Shown piece after piece: positions 1 through 14,381 of a DNA stretch of 26,805 nucleotides. A program made the position numbers and the translations under genes. Under the pieces are notes generated by a model. It made no database searches. It was not told the origin of the DNA and saw only the letters and a list, made by a program, of their open reading frames with translations. The stretch is from positions 1 to 26,805 of the forward strand of contig NEEC01000317.1 in the NCBI GenBank assembly GCA_002189035.1, read 5' to 3'. Numbering within the stretch: position 1 is the stretch's first letter; the number at the start of each line of letters is the position of its first letter. This DNA comes from Utricularia gibba (taxonomy: Eukaryota; Plantae; Magnoliophyta).

Positions 1-3000
1 GCAAACCGTAGTGAGTCACGCTTTGCTTGATATAGCGTTACGAAGCTCGCTCCGAGCCGGTCGAATTTCGTGTTCAAAGTTTCTCCATCCGACGAACCGT
101 TACAGCTCGTATTTTTGCCTGATAATAGCCCACACTTGTGCCACAAAGTGGCCACCACGTACGCGACAATGCGACTGAGGACACCGCAATCGACGCGAAT
201 GTCATTTCATGCATGCAAAACAAATGCATTTCATTCGACGATGTTAAATTTCGGATTTCGAGGCGATCCGTTACAGTGCCTCAGGTGCGGTCCAACCCAC
301 ACCATGATGGCCTCGTGCACTGCTTGGTATCTCGTCGATATCTTGCAAACCGTAGTGAGTCACGCTTTGCTTGATATAGCGTTACGAAGCTCGCTCCGAG
401 CCGGTCGAATTTCGTGTTCAAAGTTTCTCCATTTTCCCGTATTTTTGCCTGATAATAGCCCACACTTGTGCCACAAAGTGGCCACCACGTACGCGACAAT
501 GCGACTGAGGACACCGCAATCGACGCGAATGTCATTTCATGCATGCAAAACAAATGCATTTCATTCGACGATGTTAAATTTCGGATTTCGAGGCGATCCG
601 TTACAGTGCCTCAGGTGCGGTCCAACCCACACCTCATGATGGCCTCGTGCACTGCTTGGTATCTCGTCGATATCTTGCAAACCGTAGTGAGTCACGCTTT
701 GCTTGATATAGCGTTACGAAGCTCGCTCCGAGCCGGTCGAATTTCGTGTTCAAAGTTTCTCCATCCGACGAACCGTTACAGCTCGTATTTTGCCTGATAA
801 TAGCCCACACTTGTCCACAAAGTGGCCACCACGTACGCGACAATGCGACTGAGGACACCGCAATCGACGCGAATGTCATTTCATGCATGCAAAAACAAAT
901 GCATTTCATTCGACGATGTTAAATTTCGGATTTCGAGGCGATCCGTTACAGTGCCTCAGGTGCGGTCCAACCCACACCTCATGATGGCCTCGTGCACTGC
1001 TTGGTATCTCGTCGATATCTTGCAAACCGTAGTGAGTCACGCTTTGCTTGATATAGCGTTACGAAGCTCGCTCCGAGCCGGTCGAATTTCGTGTTCAAAG
1101 TTTCTCCATCCGACGAACCGTTACAGCTCGTATTTTTGCCTGATAATAGCCCACACTGTGCCACAAAGTGGCCACCACGTACGCGACAATGCGACTGAGG
1201 ACACCGCAATCGACGCGAATGTCATTTCATGCATGCAAAACAAATGCATTTCATTCGACGATGTTAAATTTCGGATTTCGAGGCGATCCGTTACAGTGCC
1301 TCAGGTGGTCCAACCCACACCTCATGATGGCCTCGTGCACTGCTTGGTATCTCGTCGATATCTGCAAACCGTAGTGAGTCACGCTTTGCTTGATATAGCG
1401 TTACGAAGCTCGCTCCGAGCCGGTCGAATTTCGTGTTCAAAGTTTCTCCATCCGACGAACCGTTACAGCTCGTATTTTTTGCCTGATAGCCCACACTTGT
1501 GCCACAAAGTGGCCACCACGTACGCGACAATGCGACTGAGGACACCGCAATCGACGCGAATGTCATTTCATGCATGCAAAACAAATGCATTTCATTCGAC
1601 GATGTTAAATTTCGGATTTCGAGGCGATCCGTTACAGTGCCTCAGGTGCGGTCCAACCCACACCTCATGATGGCCTCGTGCACTGCTTGGTATCTCGTCG
1701 ATATCTTGCAAACCGTAGTGAGTCACGCTTTGCTTGATATAGCGTTACGAAGCTCGCTCCGAGCCGGTCGAATTTCGTGTTCAAAGTTTCTCCATCCGAC
1801 GAACCGTTACAGCTCGTATTTTTGCCTGATAATAGCCCACACTGTCCACAAAGTGGCCACCACGTACGCGACAATGCGACTGAGGACACCGCAATCGACG
1901 CGAATGTCATTTCATGCATGCAAAACAAATGCATTTCATTCGACGATGTTAAATTTCGGATTTCGAGGCGATCCGTTACAGTGCCTCAGGTGCGGTCCAA
2001 CCCACACCTCATGATGGCCTCGTGCACTGCTTGGTATCTCGTCGATATCTTGCAAACCGTAGTGAGTCACGCTTTGCTTGATATAGCGTTACGAAGCTCG
2101 CTCCGAGCCGGTCGAATTTCGTGTTCAAAGTTTCTCCATCCGACGAACCGTTACAGCTCGTATTTTTGCCTGATAATAGCCCACACTTGTGCCACAAAGT
2201 GGCCACCACGTACGCGACAATGCGACTGAGGACACCGCAATCGACGCGAATGTCATTTCATGCATGCAAAACAAATGCATTTCATTCGACGATGTTAAAT
2301 TTCGGATTTCGAGGCGATCCGTTACAGTGCCTCAGGTGCGGTCCAACCCACACCTCATGATGCCTCGTGCACTGCTTGGTATCGTCGATATCTTGCAAAC
2401 CGTAGTGAGTCACGCTTTGCTTGATATAGCGTTACGAAGCTCGCTCCGAGCCGGTCGAATTTCGTGTTCAAAGTTTCTCCATCCGACGAACCGTTACAGC
2501 TCGTATTTTTGCCTGATAATAGCCCACACTTGTGCCACAAAGTGGCCACCACGTACGCGACAATGCGACTGAGGACACCGCAATCGACGCGAATGTCATT
2601 TCATGCATGCAAAACAAATGCATTTCATTCGACGATGTTAAATTTCGGATTTCGAGGCGATCCGTTACAGTGCCTCAGGTGCGGTCCAACCCACACCTCA
2701 TGATGGCCTCGTGCACTGCTTGGTATCTCGTCGATATCTTGCAAACCGTAGTGAGTCACGCTTTGCTTGATATAGCGTTACGAAGCTCGCTCCGAGCCGG
2801 TCGAATTTCGTGTTCAAAGTTTCTCCATCCGACGAACCGTTACAGCTCGTATTTTTGCCTGATAATAGCCCACACTTGTGCCACAAAGTGGCCACCACGT
2901 ACGCGACAATGCGACTGAGGACACCGCAATCGACGCGAATGTCATTTCATGCATGCAAAACAAATGCATTTCATTCGACGATGTTAAATTTCGGATTTCG

Positions 3001-6000
3001 AGGCGATCCGTTACAGTGCCTCAGGTGCGTCCAACCCACACCTCATGATGGCCTCGTGCACTGCTTGGTATCTCGTCGATATCTTGCAAACCGTAGTGAG
3101 TCACGCTTTGCTTGATATAGCGTTACGAAGCTCGCTCCGAGCCGGTCGAATTTCGTGTTCAAAGTTTCTCCATCCGACGAACCGTTACAGCTCGTATTTT
3201 TGCCTGATAATAGCCCACACTTTGCCACAAAGTGGCCACCACGTACGCGACAATGCGACTGAGGACACCGCAATCGACGCGAATGTCATTTCATGCATGC
3301 AAAACAAATGCATTTCATTCGACGATGTTAAATTTCGGATTTCGAGGCGATCCGTTACAGTGCCTCAGGTGCGGTCCAACCCACACCTCATGATGGCCTC
3401 GTGCACTGCTTGGTATCTCGTCGATATCTTGCAAACCGTAGTGAGTCACGCTTTGCTTGATATAGCGTTACGAAGCTCGCTCCGAGCCGGTCGAATTTCG
3501 TGTTCAAAGTTTTCCATCCGACGAACCGTTACAGCTCGTATTTTTGCCTGATAATAGCCCACACTTGTGCCACAAAGTGGCCACCACGTACGCGACAATG
3601 CGACTGAGGACACCGCAATCGACGCGAATGTCATTTCATGCATGCAAAAAATGCATTTCATTCGACGATGTTAAATTTCGGATTTCGAGGCGATCCGTTA
3701 CAGTGCCTCAGGTGCGGTCCAACCCACACCTCATGATGCCTCGTGCACTGCTTGGTATCTCGTCGATATCTTGCAAACCGTAGTGAGTCACGCTTTGCTT
3801 GATATAGCGTTACGAAGCTCGCTCCGAGCCGGTCGAATTTCGTGTTCAAAGTTTCTCCATCCGACGAACCGTTACAGCTCGTATTTTTGCCTGATAATAG
3901 CCCACACTTGTGCCACAAAGTGGCCACCACGTACGCGACAATGCGACTGAGGACACCGCAATCGACGCGAATGTCATTTCATGCATGCAAAACAAATGCA
4001 TTTCATTCGACGATGTTAAATTTCGGATTTCGAGGCGATCCGTTACAGTGCCTCAGGCGGTCCAACCCACACCTCATGATGGCCTCGTGCACTGCTTGGT
4101 ATCTCGTCGATATCTTGCAAACCGTAGTGAGTCACGCTTTGCTTGATATAGCGTTACGAAGCTCGCTCCGAGCCGTCGAATTTCGTGTTCAAAGTTTCTC
4201 CATCCGACGAACCGTTACAGCTCGTATTTTTGCCTGATAATAGCCCACACTTGTGCCACAAAGTGGCCACCACGTACGCGACAATGCGACTGAGGACACC
4301 GCAATCGACGCGAATGTCATTTCATGCATGCAAAACAAATGCATTTCATTCGACGATGTTAAATTTCGGATTTCGAGGCGATCCGTTACAGTGCCTCAGG
4401 TGCGGTCCAACCCACACCTCATGATGGCCTCGTGCACTGCTTGGTATCTCGTCGATATCTTGCAAACCGTAGTGAGTCACGCTTTGCTTGATATAGCGTT
4501 ACGAAGCTCGCTCCGAGCCGGTCGAATTTCGTGTTCAAAGTTTCTCCATCCGACGAACCGTTACAGCTCGTATTTTTGCCTGATAATAGCCCACACTTGT
4601 GCCACAAAGTGGCCACCACGTACGCGACAATGCGACTGAGGACACCGCAATCGACGCGAATGTCATTTCATGCATGCAAAACAAATGCATTTCATTCGAC
4701 GATGTTAAATTTCGGATTTCGAGGCGATCCGTTACAGTGCCTCAGGTGCGGTCCAACCCACACCTCATGATGGCCTCGTGCACTGCTTGGTATCTCGTCG
4801 ATATCTTGCAAACCGTAGTGAGTCACGCTTTGCTTGATATAGCGTTACGAAGCTCGCTCCGAGCCGGTCGAATTTCGTGTTCAAAGTTTCTCCATCCGAC
4901 GAACCGTTACAGCTCGTATTTTTGCCTGATAATAGCCCACACTTGTGCCACAAAGTGGCCACCACGTACGCGACAATGCGACTGAGGACACCGCAATCGA
5001 CGCGAATGTCATTTCATGCATGCAAAACAAATGCATTTCATTCGACGATGTTAAATTTCGGATTTCGAGGCGATCCGTTACAGTGCCTCAGGTGCGGTCC
5101 AACCCACACCTCATGATGGCCTCGTGCACTGCTTGGTATCTCGTCGATATCTTGCAAACCGTAGTGAGTCACGCTTTGCTTGATATAGCGTTACGAAGCT
5201 CGCTCCGAGCCGGTCGAATTTCGTGTTCAAAGTTTCTCCATCCGACGAACCGTTACAGCTCGTATTTTTGCCTGATAATAGCCCACACGCCACAAAGTGG
5301 CCACCACGTACGCGACAATGCGACTGAGGACACCGCAATCGACGCGAATGTCATTTCATGCATGCAAAACAAATGCATTTCATTCGACGATGTTAAATTT
5401 CGGATTTCGAGGCGATCCGTTACAGTGCCTCAGGTGCGGTCCAACCCACACCTCATGATGGCCTCGTGCACTGCTTGGTATCTCGTCGATATCTTGCAAA
5501 CCGTAGTGAGTCACGCTTTGCTTGATATAGCGTTACGAAGCTCGCTCCGAGCCGGTCGAATTTCGTGTTCAAAGTTTCTCCATCCGACGAACCGTTACAG
5601 CTCGTATTTTTGCCTGATAATAGCCCACACTTGTGCCACAAAGTGGCCACCACGTACGCGACAATGCGACTGAGGACACCGCAATCGACGCGAATGTCAT
5701 TTCATGCATGCAAAACAAATGCATTTCATTCGACGATGTTAAATTTCGGATTTCGAGGCGATCCGTTACAGTGCCTCAGGTGCGGTCCAACCCACACCTC
5801 ATGATGGCCTCGTGCACTGCTTGGTATCTCGTCGATATCTTGCAAACCGTAGTGAGTCACGCTTTGCTTGATATAGCGTTACGAAGCTCGCTCCGAGCCG
5901 GTCGAATTTCGTGTTCAAAGTTTCTCCATCCGACGAACCGTTACAGCTCGTATTTTTGCCTGATAATAGCCCACACTTGTGCCACAAAGTGGCCACCACG

Positions 6001-9000
6001 TACGCGACAATGCGACTGAGGACACCGCAATCGACGCGAATGTCATTTCATGCATGCAAAACAAATGCATTTCATTCGACGATGTTAAATTTCGGATTTC
6101 GAGGCGATCCGTTACAGTGCCTCAGGTGCGTCCAACCCACACCTCATGATGGCCTCGTGCACTGCTTGGTATCTCGTCGATATCTTGCAAACCGTAGTGA
6201 GTCACGCTTTGCTTGATATAGCGTTACGAAGCTCGCTCCGAGCCGGTCGAATTTCGTGTTCAAAGTTTCTCCATCCGACGAACCGTTACAGCTCGTTTTT
6301 GCCTGATAATAGCCCACACTTGTGCCACAAAGTGGCCACCACGTACGCGACAATGCGACTGAGGACACCGCAATCGACGCGAATGTCATTTCATGCATGC
6401 AAAACAAATGCATTTCATTCGACGATGTTAAATTTCGGATTTCGAGGCGATCCGTTACAGTGCCTCAGGTGGTCCAACCCACACCTCATGATGGCCTCGT
6501 GCACTGCTTGGTATCTCGTCGATATCTTGCAAACCGTAGTGAGTCACGCTTTGCTTGATATAGCGTTACGAAGCTCGCTCCGAGCCGGTCGAATTTCGTG
6601 TTCAAAGTTTCTCCATCCGACGAACCGTTACAGCTCGTATTTTTGCCTGATAATAGCCCACACTTGTGCCACAAAGTGCCACCACGTACGCGACAATGCG
6701 ACTGAGGACACCGCAATCGACGCGAATGTCATTTCATGCATGCAAAACAAATGCATTTCATTCGACGATGTTAAATTTCGGATTTCGAGGCGATCCGTTA
6801 CAGTGCCTCAGGTGCGGTCCAACCCACACCTCATGATGGCCTCGTGCACTGCTTGGTATCTCGTCGATATCTTGCAAACCGTAGTGAGTCACGCTTTGCT
6901 TGATATAGCGTTACGAAGCTCGCTCCGAGCCGGTCGAATTTCGTGTTCAAAGTTCTCCATCCGACGAAACCGTTACAGCTCGTATTTTTGCCTGATAATA
7001 GCCCACACTTGTGCCACAAAGTGGCCACCACGTACGCGACAATGCGACTGAGGACACCGCAATCGACGCGAATGTCATTTCATGCATGCAAAACAAATGC
7101 ATTTCATTCGACGATGTTAAATTTCGGATTTCGAGGCGATCCGTTACAGTGCCTCAGGTGCGGTCCAACCCACACCTCATGATGGCCTCGTGCACTGCTT
7201 GGTATCTCGTCGATATCTTGCAAACCGTAGTGAGTCACGCTTTGCTTGATATAGCGTTACGAAGCTCGCTCCGAGCCGGTCGAATTTCGTGTTCAAAGTT
7301 TCTCCATCCGACGAACCGTTACAGCTCGTATTTTTGCCTGATAATAGCCCACACTTGTGCCACAAAGTGGCCACCACGTACGCGACAATGCGACTGAGGA
7401 CACCGCAATCGACGCGAATGTCATTTCATGCATGCAAAACAAATGCATTTCATTCGACGATGTTAAATTTCGGATTTCGAGGCGATCCGTTACAGTGCCT
7501 CAGGTGCGGTCCAACCCACACCTCATGATGGCCTCGTGCATGTTGGTATCTCGTCGATATCTTGCAAACCGTAGTGAGTCACGCTTTGCTTGATATAGCG
7601 TTACGAAGCTCGCTCCGAGCCGGTCGAATTTCGTGTTCAAAGTTTCTCCATCCGACGAACCGTTACAGCTCGTATTTTTGCCTGATAATAGCCCACACTT
7701 GTGCCACAAAGTGGCCACCACGTACGCGACAATGCGACTGAGGACACCGCAATCGACGCGAATGTCATTTCATGCATGCAAAACAAATGCATTTCATTCG
7801 ACGATGTTAAATTTCGGATTTCGAGGCGATCCGTTACAGTGCCTCAGGTGCGGTCCAACCCACACCTCATGATGGCCTCGTGCACTGCTTGGTATCTCGT
7901 CGATATCTTGCAAACCGTAGTGAGTCACGCTTTGCTTGATATAGCGTTACGAAGCTCGCTCCGAGCCGGTCGAATTTCGTGTTCAAAGTTTCTCCATCCG
8001 ACGAACCGTTACAGCTCGTATTTTTGCCTGATAATAGCCCACACTTGTGCCACAAAGTGGCCACCACGTACGCGACAATGCGACTGAGGACACCGCAATC
8101 GACGCGAATGTCATTTCATGCATGCAAAACAAATGCATTTCATTCGACGATGTTAAATTTCGGATTTCGAGGCGATCCGTTACAGTGCCTCAGGTGCGGT
8201 CCAACCCACACCTCATGATGGCCTCGTGCACTGCTTGGTATCTCGTCGATATCTTGCAAACCGTAGTGAGTCACGCTTTGCTTGATATAGCGTTACGAAG
8301 CTCGCTCCGAGCCGGTCGAATTTCGTGTTCAAAGTTTCTCCATCCGACGAACCGTTACAGCTCGTATTTTTGCCTGATAATAGCCCACACACTTGTGCCA
8401 CAAAGTGGCCACCACGTACGCGACAATGCGACTGAGGACACCGCAATCGACGCGAATGTCATTTCATGCATGCAAAACAAATGCATTTCATTCGACGATG
8501 TTAAATTTCGGATTTCGAGGCGATCCGTTACAGTGCCTCAGGTGCGGTCCAACCCACACCTCATGATGGCCTCGTGCACTGCTTGGTATCTCGTCGATAT
8601 CTTGCAAACCGTAGTGAGTCACGCTTTGCTTGATATAGCGTTACGAAGCTCGCTCCGAGCCGGTCGAATTTCGTGTTCAAAGTTTCTCCATCCGACGAAC
8701 CGTTACAGCTCGTATTTTTGCCTGATAATAGCCCACACTTGTGCCACAAAGTGGCCACCACGTACGCGACAATGCGACTGAGGACACCGCAATCGACGCG
8801 AATGTCATTTCATGCATGCAAAACAAATGCATTTCATTCGACGATGTTAAATTTCGGATTTCGAGGCGATCCGTTACAGTGCCTCAGGTGCGGTCCAACC
8901 CACACCTCATGATGGCCTCGTGCACTGCTTGGTATCTCGTCGATATCTTGCAAACGTAGTGAGTCACGCTTTGCTTGATATAGCGTTACGAAGCTCGCTC

Positions 9001-12000
9001 CGAGCCGGTCGAATTTCGTGTTCAAAGTTTCTCCATCCGACGAACCGTTACAGCTCGTATTTTTGCCTGATAATAGCCCACACTTGTGCCACAAAGTGGC
9101 CACCACGTACGCGACAATGCGACTGAGGACACCGCAATCGACGCGAATGTCATTTCATGCATGCAAAACAAATGCATTTCATTCGACGATGTTAAATTTC
9201 GGATTTCGAGGCGATCCGTTACAGTGCCTCAGGTGCGGTCCAACCCACACCTCATGATGGCCTCGTGCTGTTTGGTATCTCGTCGATATCTTGCAAACCG
9301 TAGTGAGTCACGCTTTGCTTGATATAGCGTTACGAAGCTCGCTCCGAGCCGGTCGAATTTCGTGTTCAAAGTTTCTCCATCCGACGAACCGTTACAGCTC
9401 GTATTTTTGCCTGATAATAGCCCACACTTGTGCCACAAAGTGGCCACCACGTACGCGACAATGCGACTGAGGACACCGCAATCGACGCGAATGTCATTTC
9501 ATGCATGCAAAACAAATGCATTTCATTCGACGATGTTAAATTTCGGATTTCGAGGCGATCCGTTACAGTGCCTCAGGTGCGGTCCAACCCACACCTCATG
9601 ATGGCCTCGTGCACTGCTTGGTATCTCGTCGATATCTTGCAAACCGTAGTGAGTCACGCTTTGCTTGATATAGCGTTACGAAGCTCGCTCCGAGCCGGTC
9701 GAATTTCGTGTTCAAAGTTTCTCCATCCGACGAACCGTTACAGCTCGTATTTTTGCCTGATAATAGCCCACACTTGTGCCACAAAGTGGCCACCACGTAC
9801 GCGACAATGCGACTGAGGACACCGCAATCGACGCGAATGTCATTTCATGCATGCAAAACAAATGCATTTCATTCGACGATGTTAAATTTCGGATTTCGAG
9901 GCGATCCGTTACAGTGCCTCAGGTGGTCCAACCCACACCTCATGATGGCCTCGTGCACTGCTTGGTATCTCGTCGATATCTTGCAAACCGTAGTGAGTCA
10001 CGCTTTGCTTGATATAGCGTTCGAAGCTCGCTCCGAGCCGGTCGAATTTCGTGTTCAAAGTTTCTCCATCCGACGAACCGTTACAGCTCGTATTTTTGCC
10101 TGATAATAGCCCACACTTGTGCCACAAGTGGCCACCACGTACGCGACAATGCGACTGAGGACACCGCAATCGACGCGAATGTCATTTCATGCATGCAAAA
10201 CAAATGCATTTCATTCGACGATGTTAAATTTCGGATTTCGAGCGATCCGTTACAGTGCCTCAGGTGCGGTCCAACCCACACCTCATGATGGCCCGTGCAC
10301 TGCTTGGTATCTCGTCGATATCTTGCAAACCGTAGTGAGTCACGCTTTGCTTGATATAGCGTTACGAAGCTCGCTCCGAGCCGGTCGAATTTCGTGTTCA
10401 AAGTTTCTCCATCCGACGAACCGTTACAGCTCGTATTTTTGCCTGATAATAGCCCACACTTGTGCCACAAAGTGGCCACCACGTACGCGACAATGCGACT
10501 GAGGACACCGCAATCGACGCGAATGTCATTTCATGCATGAAAACAAATGCATTTCATTCGACGATGTTAAATTTCGGATTTCGAGGCGATCCGTTACAGT
10601 GCCTCAGGTGCGGTCCAACCCACACCTCATGATGGCCTCGTGCACTGCTTGGTATCTCGTCGATATCTTGCAAACCGTAGTGAGTCACGCTTTGCTTGAT
10701 ATAGCGTTACGAAGCTCGCTCCGAGCCGGTCGAATTTCGTGTTCAAAGTTTCTCCATCCGACGAACCGTTACAGCTCGTATTTTTGCCTGATAATAGCCC
10801 ACACTTGTGCCACGCCACCACGTACGCGACAATGCGACTGAGGACACCGCAATCGACGCGAATGTCATTTCATGCATGCAAAAAAAATGCATTTCATTCG
10901 ACGATGTTAAATTTCGGATTTCGAGGCGATCCGTTACAGTGCCTCAGGTGGTCCAACCCACACTCATGATGGCCTCGTGCACTGCTTGGTATCTCGTCGA
11001 TATCTTGCAAACCGTAGTGAGTCACGCTTTGCTTGATATAGCGTTACGAAGCTCGCTCCGAGCCGGTCGAATTTCGTGTTCAAAGTTTCTCCATCCGACG
11101 AACCGTTACAGCTCGTATTTTTGCCTGATAATAGCCCACACTTGTGCCACAAAGTGGCCACCACGTACGCGACAATGCGACTGAGGACACCGCAATCGAC
11201 GCGAATGTCATTTCATGCATGCAAAACAAATGCATTTCATTCGACGATGTTAAATTTCGGATTTCGAGGCGATCCGTTACAGTGCCTCAGGTGCGGTCCA
11301 ACCCACACCTCATGATGGCCTCGTGCACTGCTTGGTATCTCGTCGATATCTGCAAACCGTAGTGAGTCACGCTTTGCTTGATATAGCGTTCGAAGCTCGC
11401 TCCGAGCCGGTCGAATTTCGTGTTCAAAGTTTCTCCATCCGACGAACCGTTACAGCTCGTATTTTTGCCTGATAATAGCCCACACTTGTGCCACAAAGTG
11501 GCCACCACGTACGCGACAATGCGACTGAGGACACCGCAATCGACGCGAATGTCATTTCATGCATGCAAAACAAATGCATTTCATTCGACGATGTTAAATT
11601 TCGGATTTCGAGGCGATCCGTTACAGTGCCTCAGGTGTCCAACCCACACCTCATGATGGCCTCGTGCACTGCTTGGTATCTCGTCGATATCTTGCAAACC
11701 GTAGTGAGTCACGCTTTGCTTGATATAGCGTTACGAAGCTCGCTCCGAGCCGGTCGAATTTCGTGTTCAAAGTTTCTCCATCCGACGAACCGTTACAGCT
11801 CGTATTTTTGCCTGATAATAGCCCACACTGTGCCACAAAGTGGCCACCACGTACGCGACAATGCGACTGAGGACACCGCAATCGACGCGAATGTCATTTC
11901 ATGCATGCAAAACAAATGCATTTCATTCGACGATGTTAAATTTCGGATTTCGAGGCGATCCGTTACAGTGCCTCAGGTGCGGTCCAACCCACACCTCATG

Positions 12001-14098
12001 ATGGCCTCGTGCACTGCTTGGTATCTCGTCGATATCTTGCAAACCGTAGTGAGTCACGCTTTGCTTGATATAGTTACGAAGCTCGCTCCGAGCCGGTCGA
12101 ATTTCGTGTTCAAAGTTTCTCCATCCGACGAACCGTTACAGCTCGTATTTTTGCCTGATAATAGCCACACTTGTGCCACAAAGTGGCCACCACGTACGCG
12201 ACAATGCGACTGAGGACACCGCAATCGACGCGAATGTCATTTCATGCATGCAAAACAAATGCATTTCATTCGACGATGTTAAATTTCGGATTTCGAGGCG
12301 ATCCGTTACAGTGCCTCAGGTGCGGTCCAACCCACACCTCATGATGGCCTCGTGCACTGCTTGGTATCTCGTCGATATCTTGCAAACCGTAGTGAGTCAC
12401 GCGCTTGATATAGCGTTACGAAGCTCGCTCCGAGCGGTCGAATTTCGTGTTCAAAGTTTCTCCATCCGACGAACCGTTACAGCTCGTATTTTTGCCTGAT
12501 AATAGCCCACACTTGTGCCACAAAGTGGCCACCACGTACGCGACAATGCGACTGAGGACACCGCAATCGACGCGAATGTCATTTCATGCATGCAAAACAA
12601 ATGCATTTCATTCGACGATGTTAAATTTCGGATTTCGAGGCGATCCGTTACAGTGCCTCAGGTGCGGTCCAACCCACACCTCATGATGGCCTCGTGCACT
12701 GCTTGGTATCTCGTCGATATCTTGCAAACCGTAGTGAGTCACGCTTTGCTTGATATAGCGTTACGAAGCTCGCTCCGAGCCGGTCGAATTTCGTGTTCAA
12801 AGTTTCTCCATCCGACGAACCGTTACAGCTCGTATTTTTGCCTGATAATAGCCCACACTTGTGCCACAAAGTGGCCACCACGTACGCGACAATGCGACTG
12901 AGGACACCGCAATCGACGCGAATGTCATTTCATGCATGCAAAACAAATGCATTTCATTCGACGATGTTAAATTTCGGATTTCGAGGCGATCCGTTACAGT
13001 GCCTCAGGTGCGGTCCAACCCACACCTCATGATGGCCTCGTGCACTGCTTGGTATCTCGTCGATATCTTGCAAACCGTAGTGAGTCACGCTTTGCTTGAT
13101 ATAGCGTTACGAAGCTCGCTCCGAGCCGGTCGAATTTCGTGTTCAAAGTTTCTCCATCCGACGAACCGTTACAGCTCGTATTTTTGCCTGATAATAGCCC
13201 ACACTTGTGCCACAAAGTGGCCACCACGTACGCGACAATGCGACTGAGGACACCGCAATCGACGCGAATGTCATTTCATGCATGCAAAACAAATGCATTT
13301 CATTCGACGATGTTAAATTTCGGATTTCGAGGCGATCCGTTACAGTGCCTCAGGTGCGGTCCAACCCACACCTCATGATGGCCTCGTGCACTGCTTGGTA
13401 TCTCGTCGATATCTTGCAAACCGTAGTGAGTCACGCTTTGCTTGATATAGCGTTACGAAGCTCGCTCCGAGCCGGTCGAATTTCGTGTTCAAAGTTTCTC
13501 CATCCGACGAACCGTTACAGCTCGTATTTTTGCCTGATAATAGCCCACACTTGTGCCACAAAGTGGCCACCACGTACGCGACAATGCGACTGAGGACACC
13601 GCAATCGACGCGAATGTCATTTCATGCATGCAAAACAAATGCATTTCATTCGACGATGTTAAATTTCGGATTTCGAGGCGATCCGTTACAGTGCCTCAGG
13701 CGGTCCAACCCACACCTCATGATGGCCTCGTGCACTGCTTGGTATCTCGTCGATATCTTGCAAACCGTAGTGAGTCACGCTTTGCTTGATATAGCGTTAC
13801 GAAGCTCGCTCCGAGCCGGTCGAATTTCGTGTTCAAAGTTTCTCCATCCGACGAACCGTTACAGCTCGTATTTTTGCCTGATAATAGCCCACACTTGTGC
13901 CACAAAGTGGCCACCACGTACGCGACAATGCGACTGAGGACACCGCAATCGACGCGAATGTCATTTCATGCATGCAAAACAAATGCATTTCATTCGACGA
14001 TGTTAAATTTCGGATTTCGAGGCGATCCGTTACAGTGCCTCAGGTGCGGTCCAACCCACACCTCATGATGGCCTCGTGCACTGCTTGGTATCTCGTCG

Positions 14099-14138
14099 AT
14101 ATCTTGCAAACCGTAGTGAGTCACGCTTTGCTTGATAT
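14099..14138. other. 40-bp imperfect inverted repeat (hairpin/cruciform-capable) in every monomer
   Basis: ATATC-TT-GCAAA-C-CGT-[AGTGAGTC]-ACG-C-TTTGC-TT-GATAT: 13 Watson-Crick pairs with symmetric T/T,T/T and C/C mismatches. Structure formation is inferred, not shown. Confidence 0.7.
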
Positions 14139-14149
14139 AGCGTTACGAA

Positions 14150-14162
14150 GCTCGCTCCGAGC
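14150..14162. other. Short perfect inverted repeat GCTCG-ctc-CGAGC
   Basis: 5-bp stem with 3-nt loop at monomer 45-57, present in each copy. Confidence 0.6.
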
Positions 14163-14197
14163 CGGTCGAATTTCGTGTTCAAAGTTTCTCCATCCGA

Positions 14198-14381
14198 CGA
14201 ACCGTTACAGCTCGTATTTTTGCCTGATAATAGCCCACACTTGTGCCACAAAGTGGCCACCACGTACGCGACAATGCGACTGAGGACACCGCAATCGACG
14301 CGAATGTCATTTCATGCATGCAAAACAAATGCATTTCATTCGACGATGTTAAATTTCGGATTTCGAGGCGATCCGTTACAG
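14198..14381 (+). repeat. Internal direct repeat CGAWCCGTTACAG (12/13 identical) splitting the monomer into 171- and 175-bp halves
   Basis: CGAACCGTTACAG at 14198-14210 and CGATCCGTTACAG at 14369-14381. Each is preceded by AATTTCG and followed by CCCACAC and TGGCC in the same order. Confidence 0.85.
14245..14260. other. Overlapping inverted repeats GCCAC-aaa-GTGGC and palindrome GTGGCCAC
   Basis: Monomer 140-152 and 148-155, read directly. Confidence 0.6.

Noticed and set aside
14138-14190. tRNA-derived or Pol III A/B boxes (TAGCGTTACG; GTTCAAAGT)
   Set aside because: Both deviate from consensus and no cloverleaf can be drawn.
14200-14235. Sigma70 promoter at GATAAT
   Set aside because: There is no -35 hexamer at the right spacing and no credible downstream gene.
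14200-14260. snRNA or spliced-leader RNA gene array (ATTTTTG as an Sm site; ACCGTAG resembling the dinoflagellate SL start)
   Set aside because: Matches are only about 7 nt, the Sm-like site lacks purine flanks, and I see no leader-donor-Sm layout.
14280-14310. Plus-strand hammerhead ribozyme (CTGAGGA...CGAAT)
   Set aside because: CUGANGA is present, but the second core reads GAAU rather than GAAA, stem II lacks the closing G-C pair, and there is no proper stem I or cleavage triplet.
14352-14381. Minus-strand hammerhead-like layout CTGTAAC-GGAT...ATCC-GAAA
   Set aside because: The stem and GAAA fit, but CUGUAAC departs from CUGANGA at three conserved positions.
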